This document shows positions 14,523 to 28,404 of a DNA stretch of 64,000 bases, piece by piece; within the stretch, counting starts at the first letter, position 1, and every line of letters begins with the position of its first letter. The position numbers were made by a program, and so were the translations under genes. Location of the stretch: positions 122,078,001 to 122,142,000 of the forward strand of contig OX597818.1 in assembly GCA_951406725.2 (NCBI GenBank), read 5' to 3'. This DNA comes from Octopus vulgaris (lineage: Eukaryota). The notes beneath the pieces are model-generated. The model had not been told where the DNA came from. It worked only from the letters and a program-made list of their open reading frames with translations, and ran no database searches.

Positions 14523-15065
14523 AAGCATACATACACACATACACACATGCGTATATACATATATATGTGTGCGTGTGTATGTATATACACACAAATCTAC
14601 ACTCACACACATACATACATGCGTATATACATATATATGTGCGTGCGTATGTATATATATACACGTATCTACACTCACATATACACATATATACACTCAC
14701 ACACATACATACATGCGTATATACATATATATGTGTGTGTATGTATATATACACATATCTACACTCACATATACACATATATACACTCACACACATACAT
14801 ACATGCGTATATACATATATATGTGTGTGTGTATGTATATAAACACATATCTACACTCACATATACACATATATACACTCACACACATACATACATGCGT
14901 ATATGCATATATATGTGTGTGTGTATGTATATACACTCACATATACACATATATACATTCACACACATACATACATGCGTATATACATGTATATGTGTGT
15001 GTATGTATATATATACACATATCTACACTCACAAATACACATATATACACTCACGCACATACATA
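14523..15065. repeat. ~90-bp minisatellite built from CA/TA microsatellite pieces
   Basis: Anchor ATCTACACTCAC recurs near 14595, 14667, 14757, 14849 and 15021; CATGCGTATAT recurs in each unit. Confidence 0.85.
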
Positions 15066-15284
15066 CATACATATATATATATATATGAATATATATATAT
15101 ATATATACATATATGTATATAGACACGCACCCGCGTGCACACGCACACATGCACACATACATACAAATACACAAACATACAAACATACATGTACATACAT
15201 ACAAGCTTATATATGTGTATATGTGTATACACAAGCACACTGGAAACAATGAAAACACACACACAAACATACATGCTCACGAAC

Positions 15285-15349
<65 letters not shown>

Positions 15350-15549
15350 AGAAATCATGAGCTCCAAGACAGAATATCATAATAACTTAAAACATCACAC
15401 GCCATTGTTGCAAATCCGATAATAATTTAGCTTTCCTTCTCATTTCTCACTCGTCCCTCGCTTCATTTTCGACTTCATCTTTTCCCTCACTAACTTTACT
15501 TCACGCACACTTACAAACATCTGCGAGAGTCCATACACACGCATACAAA

Positions 15550-15845
15550 CACCATCATCACCACCACCACCACCATCATTATCATCATCATCATCATCGT
15601 CGTCGTCATCATCATCATCATCATCACCACCACCACCATCATCATCACCACCACCATCATCATCATCATCGTCGTCGTCGTCGTCGTCGTAATCATCATC
15701 ACCACCACCACCATCGTCATCATCATCATCATCATCATTATCATCATCATCATCATCGTCATCATCGTCAATATCATCATCATCATCATCATCATCATCA
15801 TCGTCGTCGTCGTCATCATCATCATCATCATCATCATCACCCTCG

Positions 15846-15903
<58 letters not shown>

Positions 15904-15913
15904 CATTATTATT
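15550..15913. repeat. Compound (CAT)n/(CAC)n/(CGT)n/(TTA)n trinucleotide repeat
   Basis: Direct inspection. Confidence 0.95.
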
Positions 15914-16732
15914 AATTTTGGCATCAGAAGTCACTTTATAATCCTGCTTTGTAGCTTCTTGTATTAAACCTCGATCGTATCTTTTTTTTTTATTATATTA
16001 TTCTTATTTTTTTGTTTGTTTTACATATTCCAACTTATGGTAAATTTTCTTCGATTTTTTTTTTTCTGGAAATAGCCGACAACCATATTCCCTTAACAAT
16101 CGATCTTCTTTGTTAAAAATATTCCGATTCCATATTCTCAGCGGATATAGCTGTAAGACACTATAACCAGCTCATTGTACTAGTTGTTGCTATCGTAAAC
16201 AAAGATATTATTTGCTTAAAGGTGGAAGCCGTATCAAACATGTTCAAGTGAGAACTATAATTAAAAAGGTTTGATGGTTTCACGGTTTTAAAATAACTAC
16301 CTATCACAAGCTTGCTCTGCATCGCTAGATATAAAAGCTATAGCAAACCTATGTATTTCCTAGTTTAAGAAATGTTAACATGAATTTTGCACTTAAATAT
16401 CTATGGAGAAATGTATGAATGTCTCAAATTCCGAATCTCGCTCTAGAAAGCGATGGGGGCTTCTGTCAACTGCGAGAGAAGATGCAAAAGATTCAACTTC
16501 GGCTCTACAGTTTAAGTGAGTCAAAGATCTGTATGTGTGTTTGTCTGTCTGTCTGTGTTTGTCTGTCTGTTTGTCTGTTTGCTTGCCTCTCTCTATCACT
16601 GAATATATGTACGTGTATGTATATATATACATATATGATATAATACAATATAAATATATATATATATACATGAAATATATATCATGTATATGTATAAACA
16701 TACATAAAATATTAAATATGTATATATATATA

Positions 16733-16780
<48 letters not shown>

Positions 16781-16821
16781 CAAACACACACACATATATA
16801 ATGTATGTGTTTACATTTATG

Positions 16822-16852
<31 letters not shown>

Positions 16853-16853
<1 letters not shown>

Positions 16854-17015
16854 GGAGAATTCACAAAAAACAAAAAAAACAACAATATACGAAGACAGGT
16901 GGTGTAGACAACAAACAGATGTATTAGTATAACGCTCGGGAAGTGAAAAAGTTTTTAACGTTTCGAGCCTACGCTCTTCCACAGAAAGGAACACAGAAAG
17001 AAACAAGGAGAGAAA
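16853..17015. mobile_element. Penelope-like relic (hammerhead-like remnant on the minus strand)
   Basis: acgtttcgagcctacgctcttcc reads GGAAGA-GCGTAGGCTC-GAAACGT on minus; related relics at ~30960-31130 and ~36150-36310. Confidence 0.45.
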
Positions 17016-17450
17016 ATAAATATATATAAATACACAAATTTCTCCTATGATTCTATTGAATATATACGCATGTACACATGCACCGTCCGATTTTATTAAG
17101 TTCATAGAGCACCCAGAATTTACGCACATACTCATATATCTGTGTTCAAAGCTCCGCTTTTAAAACTAACGGCCGCATATACAAGACTATACGTATCAAA
17201 ATATCACAGAATTTCGCTAAATTCAAACACCTTTCACTTTCGAACTACAAATTTCCTCATCAAGGCAAAAGGTTTTGCACCATCATACACATAACATATA
17301 CATATTTTATCAACAAGCATCTGTAATATTCATCTCAAATACAAATACAATCTACACTAATTCTTCACTACTGTAGCATACGTTTCTACACAACTAAACA
17401 CTAACGGAAGGAGTAAATCTATAATTAACAAATAGATATTTAACTTTCAG

Positions 17451-18438
17451 ATGACTACTCAACCACAAAAATCTAATCAAAATTGGTCTGAGAATGAAAT
17501 AGACCTTCTGATAAATTCATGGTACTATATTGCCCAAATAGAAAACATAGACACATCATGCCACAACCTAATATATTTCTTTACTACCCACAAGGGTAGT
17601 AAAAAAATTTATCGTGAATTTCACAGCTTTGTGTCTTATTAAACGCTTCTTCCTCCACGTAGACAAACCTCTCAATTTCTCTCTCCCTCCCTCAGCACAC
17701 TAACTTATCTGTATCCAATAATCTTTTCTGCTCTAGGCACAGGGCCCGAAATTTTTGAGAAGGGGGCCAGTCAACCAGTCAATTAAATCGACTCAAGTAC
17801 GCAACTGATACTTAATTTATCGACCCTGAAAGGATGAAAGGCAAAGTCAACCTTGGCGGAATTCGAACTCTCATATTCTTCTCTAGTCTTGGCACAAGGC
17901 CCGAAATTTTGGAGGCGTTGGGAGCCAGTCGATTAGATCAACTGGTACTTAATTTATTGACCCCGAAAAGATGAAAGGCAAAGTCGACCTCGGTGGAATT
18001 TGAGCTGAGAACGTAAAGCAGATGAAATACCTATTTCTTTACTACCCACAAGGGGCTAAACACAGAGAGGACAAACAAGGATAGACAAGCGGATTGAGTC
18101 GATTACATCGACGCCAGTGTGTAACTGGTACTTATTTAAACGACCATGAAAGGATGAAAGGCAAGTCGACCTCGGCGGAATTTGAACTCAGAACTTAACG
18201 GCAGACGAAGTACGGCTACGCATTTCGCCCGGCGTGCTAACGTTTCTGCCATTTCGCCCGGCGTGCTCACGTTTCTGCCAGTTCGCCGCCCTGATGCCGC
18301 AACCTAATAGCCAGACGTACAATTCAGCTTTTCAGAAATCGCTCAAAACAAACTGAAATGACATTTGAATTAATTATTAGACATATTGAAAAACTCTTCA
18401 AATATATAATACCTGTACATAACCTCGAAACTTTCTAA
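17451..18438 (+). pseudogene. Interrupted 83-aa Myb/SANT(trihelix)-like ORF, possibly of transposon origin
   Basis: ATG at 17451 directly after TTTAACTTTCAG; removing the TSD-flanked insertion (17574-18309) restores one frame: MTTQPQKSNQNWSENEIDLLINSWYYIAQIENIDTSCHNLIARRTIQLFRNRSKQTEMTFELIIRHIEKLFKYIIPVHNLETF*. Confidence 0.4.
17574..18290 (-). mobile_element. Composite family-3 SINE carrying a captured inverted copy of ~13050-13512
   Basis: TSD ATGCC(A/G)CAACCTAATA at 17558-17573 and 18294-18309; interior is the reverse complement of ~13050-13512, including ~110 bp of non-SINE flank. Confidence 0.85.
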
Positions 18439-18609
18439 TCTGGACAGAATGCTGATCTGTCGAACGGTTACTTATCTTTGCCAGCTGAGTAGACTAAAAC
18501 AACGTGAAATGAAATGTTTAGCTGAAGAACACAACGCATCGCCTGGTTCGAGGAATCGAAATCATAATATTACCATCATGACTGACTGGAAACACTGAAC
18601 AACGCACCT

Positions 18610-18663
<54 letters not shown>

Positions 18664-18817
18664 GCTCGCACGCACACACACTTACATACACATATACACA
18701 CACATACCAACATGTATATACACATATATATATATATATTAATATATAATATATACATTATGTATAACTATATATGTATATAATATACATGCACACATCT
18801 CTCTCTCTCTCTCTCTC

Positions 18818-18871
<54 letters not shown>

Positions 18872-18942
18872 GTATATATACATACATGCATACATACATG
18901 CATACATACATACATACATACATACATACATACATACATACA

Positions 18943-18975
<33 letters not shown>

Positions 18976-19928
18976 TCTGTCTGATTTTTTTCTGTGTAAT
19001 CTATTCTAGTCGGAATAGATTGCGGCTCACATGTGTAGGAAGTCAGTTTATATTTAAACGATGCCTGCGTACATTTGGCACCAGTTATTGACGAGGCAGT
19101 CTAGATTCTGCGGCAGAATATTTTCGATTAAAACTATCTCGTTAAGGAAGCTATTATTTGCTTTAATTAACATTGTGTAGATTTCCGTGTCTCCCAGTGG
19201 ACAACGATGCAAATATGATTTGTGCTTGGTACATTTGGTGTACTTGAATTTTTACATGTCTTTCTCGATTTTGTGAGACATAGTAAAGTAAACATTATTG
19301 ATTTCATGTAGGCGGGATGCAGTGATAAAGTGGTAGAAACGGTAACGAACCGAAGCCGAAACAAAAGTGAACAGCGACATGGTGTAAGTTTTCGACCGTT
19401 GACTTTCTGAATTCTGTCAAATTTGGCGCTTTTAAAAGCATCTGTTTAGAAGAGTCGTTAGAATGTTGTGTATAATAACTCGCGATATTTGTTCCGACAT
19501 TCTTCGCTCTGAATTCAAATACATTCGAGGTCAATATTACCGTTGAACCATTTAGGTTCGATGACAAAAGCGACAAAAAAAAAAGAGAAGAGAGAGGGAG
19601 AGAGAAAGAGGGATGGAAATAGAGATAGATAGAGGGAGAGAGAGAGAGAAAGAGAGAGCAAGGAAAGGAGGGTAAAAGCACTAATCCATGTGCAGGATTA
19701 TTTTGCGGTATCTGTTTCGGCTCTGTGCAGTCTGCATTGAAATCCAGTCTCTTCACCAGAAAACAGTGTTACACTTCTATTTGCAGTTGAGATTGATGGG
19801 TAGTGAACTGATCGGAAAAAGACCAAGTGCTGTCAACCCACGTCTTCTGGATTAAGGCTACTCGTCGCAGTTGTTTAACAATCCCCGTTCATCCGTGATC
19901 CAGCAGAGCAATGCTCAAAGGTATTCCT

Positions 19929-20152
19929 GAGCTGGCAGAAACGTTAGCACGCTGGGCGAAATGCTTAGCAGTATTTCGTCTGCCGCTACGTTCTGAGTTC
20001 AAATTCCGCCGAGGTCGACTTTGCCTTTCATCCTTTCGGGGTCGATTAAATAAGTACCAGTTATGCACTGGGGTCGATGTAATTGACTTAATACCTATGT
20101 CTGTCATTGTTTGTCCCCTCTGTGTTTAGCCCCTTGTGGGTAATAAAGAAAT
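19929..20152 (+). mobile_element. Family-3 SINE
   Basis: TSD AGGTATTCCT at 19919-19928 and 20153-20162; tail CCCCTTGTGGGTAATAAAGAAAT. Confidence 0.92.
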
Positions 20153-20415
20153 AGGTATTCCTAGACTGATTTCATTTTCGTCTCTCACTCGGAGGTAATA
20201 CATCTAGGTTAATATCAGTGAATGTTTCATTTCATTGTCTTTTTTAAAACCGTATAGAGTGGTTTGGGAGAGAGGGTGAGAGAGAAAGAGAGAATGAGGG
20301 GGAGAGACAGAAAGAGAAAGAGACTTTTAATTGGCATTTATAGCATGTCATGTTCCTCTTTGGCATTAACTATGATAGTTCTAAATTAGCACCGTCAACC
20401 AGTTGACGCTGGTAT

Positions 20416-20642
20416 GGCGAGCTGGCAGAAATGTTAGCACGCCGGGCGAAATGCATAGCCGTATTTCGTCTGTCGATACGTTCCGAGTTCAAATTCCGTC
20501 GAGGTCGACTTTGCCTTTCATCCTTTCGGGGTCGATAAATTAAGTACCAGTTACGCACTGGGGTCGATATAATCGACTTAATCCCTTTGTCTGTCCTTGT
20601 TTGTTCCCTCTGTGTTTAGCCCCTTGTGGGTAGTAAAGAAAT
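20416..20642 (+). mobile_element. Family-3 SINE
   Basis: Very similar to 19929-20152. Confidence 0.9.
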
Positions 20643-20980
20643 ATATATATTAAAGGATTTAATTAGTATTTTCCTTTGAAGATCTGGCATTTCAATTTGG
20701 TTATGCAATAGTCAACGTAATGATTACTGCACAATATACGAGTATTTTCTAGTGAAACACGTGTAGAGATTGCCTAATTTATCAGGGTATAATAAAAAGA
20801 TAAACTAACTCCGTTGCGCTATTCTGGTCTGTAACTTATTTAAATGTATATATTACCTAAAGAAAATCGGAGCACAAATTATGTTGATTTGAATCTAGAT
20901 ATACATAGATTTACATGGAGTTCTAAGCATTGGTTAAACGCAATGGCATTACATTCAGAATAACAATTCTTCAATATATG

Positions 20981-21038
<58 letters not shown>

Positions 21039-21046
21039 CGTGTGTG

Positions 21047-21079
<33 letters not shown>

Positions 21080-21283
21080 AATGCAAACTAGATTATTTAA
21101 ATTCATTTCTTTCTCTGTTCAATATCTCTTTCCGTATTCAGTAGTCTTGCATACATACATAGATATATACACATATATATATATATATATGTGTATATAT
21201 TTTTACAATATATATATATATATACACACATACATGTATACGCATACATGTGTACATAATATGATATATATGTATGTATGCAT

Positions 21284-21370
<87 letters not shown>

Positions 21371-21381
21371 CATACATATAC

Positions 21382-21425
<44 letters not shown>

Positions 21426-21720
21426 TTATACATATACATATACATACATACATACATATTATATATATCGAAAGGACTGTCATAAATACGTTCATATCCG
21501 CATTGTTGATAGCCCGAAGGTATTATGGTGCAATTTAAATGCATATCAACTTCACTGTCCTTGTTGCACATTGGAATATACATTTGGCACATTACGTTGG
21601 GTTTCTTTTCCTTTATGAATTATTACAAAATCACAGAGAGAAAGAGAGGGGGAGAAAGGAGAGGTGGGAAGCAAAGATGATAGGAGAGAGAGAGAATGAA
21701 TGAGGATGTGTGCGTGCGTA

Positions 21721-21772
<52 letters not shown>

Positions 21773-21882
21773 GAGACGAGTATGCATGTGCCTGTGAGTG
21801 CGTATGTGTGTGTGTATATATATATATATGTAGAGACGAGTATGCATGTGCCCGTGAGTGCGTATGAGATATAAAACATACA

Positions 21883-21931
<49 letters not shown>

Positions 21932-22998
21932 GCACACACATATATATGTATATGTATGTATGTATGTATGTATATATATATGTATGTATATATATATATA
22001 TATGTATATATGTATATATGTATGTATATATATATATATATATGTATACATATATATATATATGTATACACACATACACAGACGCATGCACACACACATA
22101 TTGAAAGACAAGACAAGAAAAATAGAGTGGAAGAGAGAGAGAGAGAGAGAGTGAGAGAGAGTGAGAGAGTGAGAGAGAGAGAGTTGCAGAAAAGAAACCA
22201 CTCAAGTGATGGTGGAGGTGGGAGGGACAAAGACAGATCGTGGAAGTAAAGTTGGAGACGTTTAAGTACGTCATTGCGTGTAGAGAGAACATTGAACAGC
22301 AGAAGAAATAAAGGCAGCCTGCATTTTAGGTAGAATTGATTAATTATATTACATTAAATATTAAATGTTTTTTTTTTCTCACTCAAAATGCTTTGATGCC
22401 GTAAATATATTCTGGAAGAACCTTAGAATAATTCTGAGAGTTGAGAAGGAAATGAATGAAAGCTGAAAATATCGAAAAATATCAAAAACTTAGAAGTGGC
22501 TTGAGTATTTGTGTCTTGTGACTATATGAATACTAAGAAGGTGGATGGCTAAGTCGGTAAGGAAGTTGCTCGCCAGCTGTGTGATTGCTGTTTCATATCC
22601 TGTAATCTTTACAGTGCTCTTTACGTGGTCCAGCTGCTCGATACTAAAATAACCCAGTAAATGGATAGAGACCGCTACTTATATAACATCTGTCAATTTG
22701 AATGATTATGAGCGAATTGATTTGCCTCTCCTTATGACTAAACATCGGTAATATCAGACACAACCAATTTCATGACTCTTCATGATCCCTTCGGGATGTA
22801 ACGGGTCGGTGAGCCATGAGACCTTTTCCTTCTCGATTAACTTCAGCGCCTCTTCATAGACACTAACAGTCTTTGAAGGTTTATGCTCGAAATTGTCCTT
22901 CTTCTTTAATTACTTTCCAAGGCTGCCGACCTTAGACCACTCGACACTGTCACTTATACAATGTAATTCGAAACCGTCACCCGGTCCTTAGCTACTTA

Positions 22999-23034
22999 CA
23001 GTGAAGTCCTCTCTCTTGAGAGAGGACTTCACTG
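22999..23034. repeat. Perfect 17-bp inverted repeat with 2-nt loop
   Basis: CAGTGAAGTCCTCTCTC-TT-GAGAGAGGACTTCACTG. Confidence 0.95.
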
Positions 23035-23769
23035 AAGGTCTTCAGTTTCATAACTCGCTCCCTCCAAAATGTCTTGGAAAATCTGTAAAGTCGATTGCAT
23101 GAAGCACTTGGAACCAGCTGTGTATACCTGATAGCCTTAAATATGTAAAACATATACCAGCCTCTACATACTCCTTACATGAGCATATATTGATTATATA
23201 AAATATCACAAGTTTCTGTTATTTATATCTACAAAGAGTGGGTTTGCATTAAAGTTGATTAGTTTTCTCGTCGGGTAGAGTTCCTAGGTCTTCTTCTGGG
23301 CTCTTCTCGTGATAAAAGCATCTAATGATTTTGGCGAGCATTTACTGCTGTCAAACATTGTTGATGTTATTACTATAAAAACTACTAGACTGTAACACAG
23401 AGTCCTCTACTGTCTCTTCCTTCTTCATCTCTTCATCATTCTACAATTATTGCTGCTACTCCTGTTGTTGTTGACGTTGATGATGATGTTACTGGCTTTC
23501 ATCTTTTCAGAGCGGAGTAAATAAAACACCAGTCAAATATTGATGTGGATTAAAACCAAGTACATTCTCTCAACCAAAAACTCTTATAGCGCAGGACTGA
23601 CATAATAAACACTCCCCCCACTCTTCCTCTTCCTCATTATTATCACCAGCATCATCATTATTCCATTGTAAATTGTTTTGAAATGTCTCTTAATCTTGTC
23701 GCCATTGTTACAATAAAAAAACAATAGCATCATCATCATCATCATCACCATCAACAACAACAACAAATA

Positions 23770-23995
23770 ATGGTTTCAAATTTTGCCACAAGGGCAGCCA
23801 TTTGGGGGAGGGGATGTATCGATTACATCAACCCCAATGTTCAATGGTACGAAAGGATGAAAGGCAAAGTCAACCCTTCTACTAAAGGGACAAAAACCTG
23901 AAATTTTAAAGGAGAAAACTAGTCGATTACATCGACCCGGTGTTTCGCTGGTACTTAATTTATCGACTCCAAAGGTCTGAAAGGCAAAGTCGATC
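23770..23995 (-). mobile_element. Degenerate family-3 SINE fragments
   Basis: gaaaggcaaagtc and gtcgattacatcgac blocks in reverse orientation. Confidence 0.7.
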
Positions 23996-25629
23996 TAATA
24001 ATAATATTAATAATAGTTAGTCACTGTTGAATTTCAGGAAGACGTTTTAGGGAAATAAATATACAAATCAAGATCAAGAAAAACAATTTAAAGATAAAAA
24101 TGCAAATTAATAAAAAATGCAATTTTTTTGCCATACCTACCGCTATGTAAAATATATCATATACTCAGCAGTTCGGCAAATAGTAAGTGAAAAAAAATAG
24201 AACTGGATTGTACTGAGGATAATGATGTTCACTAAAAACTCATCAGCTGCCTCTGCTTAAAAGAAACTGTTAAGCTAGCGATTCGACAAATAGACATCGA
24301 TAGCATAAGATTTGATTGAAATATGAAATGGATTCAATGTGATTGACTAAAAGCTCTTGAAGAGCGCCACAGTATGGTTGCAGTCCAATGAAGGATGCCG
24401 GTAAGAGAATAGATGAATAAGAGACAACGGAAAACAATTGAGCATCCTTTAAGACAATGAATGAAAGTAAAGAGGAAGAAGCGAATTTAAAACATAACGA
24501 AAATGAGTGAATTACATAAAAAGGAATGAGAGAATAAGCTTAGTGACAATGGAATAATGGAAAATACAGAATTATTGATTATAGGATTAAGGTAAAATCA
24601 TAAAGGGTGAGAGGCTGAGAGAAACGTCAAGGAGAGCGAGGAAGGGAGAGGGAAAGGCAAAAGAAAGAAAAAATGTAAGGGTGGGAGCGATTGGGAGAAA
24701 GAAGAAGGATGGAACGGAGAAAAATAAACTGCAGTAAAGACAGAGAATGGCAGAGACAGAAAGCGAGAGGTAGAGAAAGAAAATGAGAGAAAGAAGGAGG
24801 GAAGGGTAACGAAAACGAGAAAGAGCGGGAGCTGTAACAAAAGAGAGAGAAGGACACATACAGTGAGAGAGAGGGAGAGAGGGGAAGAGAAAGAAAGAGA
24901 GAGAGAATAAATAGAAGACAAGGGGAAAAAAACTGAAGGGTGAGTGTATCGAAAAGAAATTGCTCTTCTCCTTGCCTTCACACCACCGCCACCACCAGCA
25001 CCACCACCACCAACAACAACAAGCCGTCAATGCAAACACGAGGAGCCGGATTTATAGAGACTAGGAAAAGTGATTCGGAGGATGTGGAGAGCATCTATGT
25101 AACTTAATAAAGGCTGTCATTCCTTTAATGACAACGTACCTGGTGACCCAACTGCGTCTTAAGTTAGCTGCAAAAAGGTAGTCCTTTCTCTGGCTCCGCT
25201 CTTTTAAGACAATTTCGCTCGGTGTGTGTGTGTATAATTTATATACTCAGCAATGCCTCAAGAAACGCAATGAATGAATTAAAGGTGAATTCGATACAGT
25301 TTCGTGTCTATCTATTTCTCTTTCGTTCTTTCAGGCCTGCCAAAATGTATGCTTGTACGCATGTATGTATGTATGTATGTATGTATGTATGTATGTATGT
25401 ATGTATATGCATGTATAAAAGTATGTATGCATGTAAGCATGTAGATTATATATATATATATATATATACATATGTATATGTGTACCTATCCATGTATATA
25501 TTTGTGTGTGTAATATATATGTATGTATATGTATATATGTAAAAATATAAATATAAATGTGTGTATATATATTTATATATATTATGCACACACATGCTTA
25601 TATGCATACATGCATATATGCATACATGT

Positions 25630-25705
<76 letters not shown>

Positions 25706-26095
25706 GCATATAAGTAAGTATATATGTAAGTATATATGCATGCATATGTGTATATCTATATGTATGCACATGAGCAGATCTAACATTTAGAGGCATATTT
25801 ATAAAGGGGAAAAGCGTGAGAATTGATACATGCGTAGATAAATACATGCGTATAAACATGTGTGTACGCACGCAGACACGCACACACATATGAGTTGGCA
25901 TAAGATCTGTGTAGGAAAATTACTTGTGATCATCCCTTTCTACACTTTCTGAATGGACTACAGTTCTGTCTCTGTATCTATCTATGTAACTATCTATCTA
26001 GGGTTACCCACTTGCAAACAAATGTGGTAACATATAACAATATTGACCAAGGTTACCGTGGTCTTTTTCGTAGCCTTTTCTTCCCACGGATAAAC

Positions 26096-26373
26096 CTTAT
26101 TTGTTTTCCCCTTTACACCATACATCATGACACTGTGATACACGATCCCTATTGATCGTTTTTTTTCCTCTTCCCCTTTTTTTCCTCTTTTTTCTTCTTT
26201 TTTCATTTTTCTTTTCTTTTGTTCCTTTCCCTTTTTCTTTTCCTTTTTTCCCCCTTTTACGATCACTTTTGATCGAAAACCTACGCCACCTTTTTTTTTT
26301 CATCCCCCAAAAGAAAAGCTTTACCTTGTAACTTGTCCCATCTGTGTGCAGCCCTGTGTGGACAATAAAGAAA
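26096..26373 (+). mobile_element. 3' end of a LINE-like retroelement
   Basis: Pyrimidine-rich body ending CCCTGTGTGGACAATAAAGAAAC; copies at 37753-37925 (minus) and 45018-45172 (plus). Confidence 0.7.
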
Positions 26374-26375
26374 CG

Positions 26376-26446
<71 letters not shown>

Positions 26447-26871
26447 ATATCTATCTATCTATCTATCAATTTCTCTCTCTCTCTCTCTCCTTCTCTCCCT
26501 TTATTGATCTATTTATTTATCTAAAAATCTTTAGGACGTCCGTCCCTATCTTGGTCCGTATCTGTATCCATTACAGAAATCATATTTTTGAACTTTGATA
26601 TATTCATGGAACTGCATAAACGCATTTACGTCAACATATATACATACACAGCTGCATACGTATGTACGTAAATACGGACGTACGTATTACCTACCAACCT
26701 TACTTTCTTCGTACATACTTACAAGCATTCATATGTACGTACACAGACATTCATACTTACATACTCTTGTACAAATATTCAGAAAGAGACACAGTGGTTT
26801 TGCAGTCAGTTTATAAAAGCAGGATACATTCCTTAAGAGATTTGATTTCTTAGAAATATTTATCTCTCTAC

Positions 26872-26973
26872 CTGTAACGTTGGAATGGTCTCTGACCGTT
26901 GTCTGTTCTGGCGGTTGAGAAATCGTGAAGTTGAGCGGTTTGGTGTTATTTTTCAAGATCTCTATATCGTTGG
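26872..26973 (-). CDS. Internal phase 1-1 exon, repeat copy B1: (A)NDIEILKNNTKPLNFTISQPPEQTTVRDHSNVT
   Basis: Acceptor TTTTTTTCTGTTTCTACAG, donor AG|GTAGAG, 102 nt, open frame, three N-X-T sequons. Confidence 0.75.
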
Positions 26974-28055
26974 CTGTAGAAACAGAAAAAAATGGGCCTC
27001 GAGGGAATTAGAGATGGAGTGGAAACATTGGATGTACTGGATAGTGTTAGATCTGAAAAGTTCTGTGGGACACAGAATAAATGACGAGAGAATGGAAGGG
27101 AGTCGGAGAAAAAGCAAGACCATCCAATATATCCAGAACAGAGGAGCAGGGGCCACCGTCGAAGTGTTAAAAGAAAAACGGAAACAAACAGAATGAGAAG
27201 ACAACAGTACGTCTCTAAGAAAGAAGAAATTGTGAATCGTTGATCAGCGACTTTATATCAACCGATTGCTTGGTCCTTTTTTTGCGTGCAGTCTCGGATA
27301 TTTGTATTTGTTACCTGAAATAATTTGTCTATGATGTATTCTACGATGTCATGGCGGCTGTACTTTGGCTTTATATTTCTCCTGCGTGATTATATAGTAA
27401 TAAGACGATCAAATATTGTTTCTTTTCCATGCATGGCAATGAAGCCTTAACATTATAGATCACCATTTTTCTTCACAGATATTCTTTGTTTATTGTATTT
27501 TAATAAGACGTTTCACCATAATATAAATAAATAGCTGAACGTTTACGTTTTTGTATAATGAATATTCAAATCGATGCAGAAAATATCACTTTATTCTCCG
27601 CACCAAAAATAGACAACGTATGAAAATCACGGGTGAAATAGTCTATATTTATGTCGGTATGATCGATGCGCAAATAGCATGCGCGCATTTTTAGATACAG
27701 ATAAATATTTCGATCATTAACTTGAAGCGAGTTTTGTAAATATACATATATTCAAAGGCGCGTGGTCCAGAAGTAAGCCGTGTGGCACTGATGTTGGCAG
27801 GATTATGGTTTCAATTCCCAGACCGACTGCCACTTGTTGTTTTGGGCAAAACGCTTCATTTCACGTTATTCCAAACCACTCATCTGTAAATTGTAAGCCA
27901 TGCGTCGGAATCGCGCTCTGATCCGGGTAAAATTTTCGTCTGCTCGCTTACCCATCGGAGTTGCATCCTTTAGAAATTAACATGATGCAAAACGAAATGT
28001 GACCAGCAATATATTACAACTTCGGATAGTCAAGCGGATCACTTGATTACGTTAG

Positions 28056-28153
<98 letters not shown>

Positions 28154-28404
28154 AGGTATGTATGCATGTATATATGTATATTATATATATATATATATAT
28201 CTATATGTGAAAGGACGTACATCAACGTATGTCTATATCTATAAATATCTATGTGTATGCACACACAAGCACACACACACACATATCCACACACATTCAC
28301 ACACAAGACTAGGCATAGGCTATATATAGGAAAATATATTCTCATAAGCGTGTGTGGTCGTGTCTTTAAGAGATTTGATTTCTTAGAAGTATTTATTTCT
28401 CTAC

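Noticed and set aside
14523-15065. Regularly spaced repeats suggesting a CRISPR-like array
   Set aside because: No unique spacers; it is a microsatellite-derived minisatellite in eukaryotic DNA
15440-15934. 164-aa poly-Asn/poly-Asp ORF resembling an acidic biomineralisation protein
   Set aside because: Entirely a compound trinucleotide microsatellite, open in several frames, with no signal peptide or splice support
19385-19390. ATGGT|GTAAGT and other isolated strong splice-site matches (e.g. minus-strand donor near 62195)
   Set aside because: Single motifs without a partner site or open frame are expected by chance in 64 kb
27038-27052. Possible 15-nt micro-exon (TTTTCAG|ATCTAACACTATCCA|GTACAT) upstream of each repeat exon
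   Set aside because: Donor GT is missing in U2 and U4, and the following intron would be only ~65 nt
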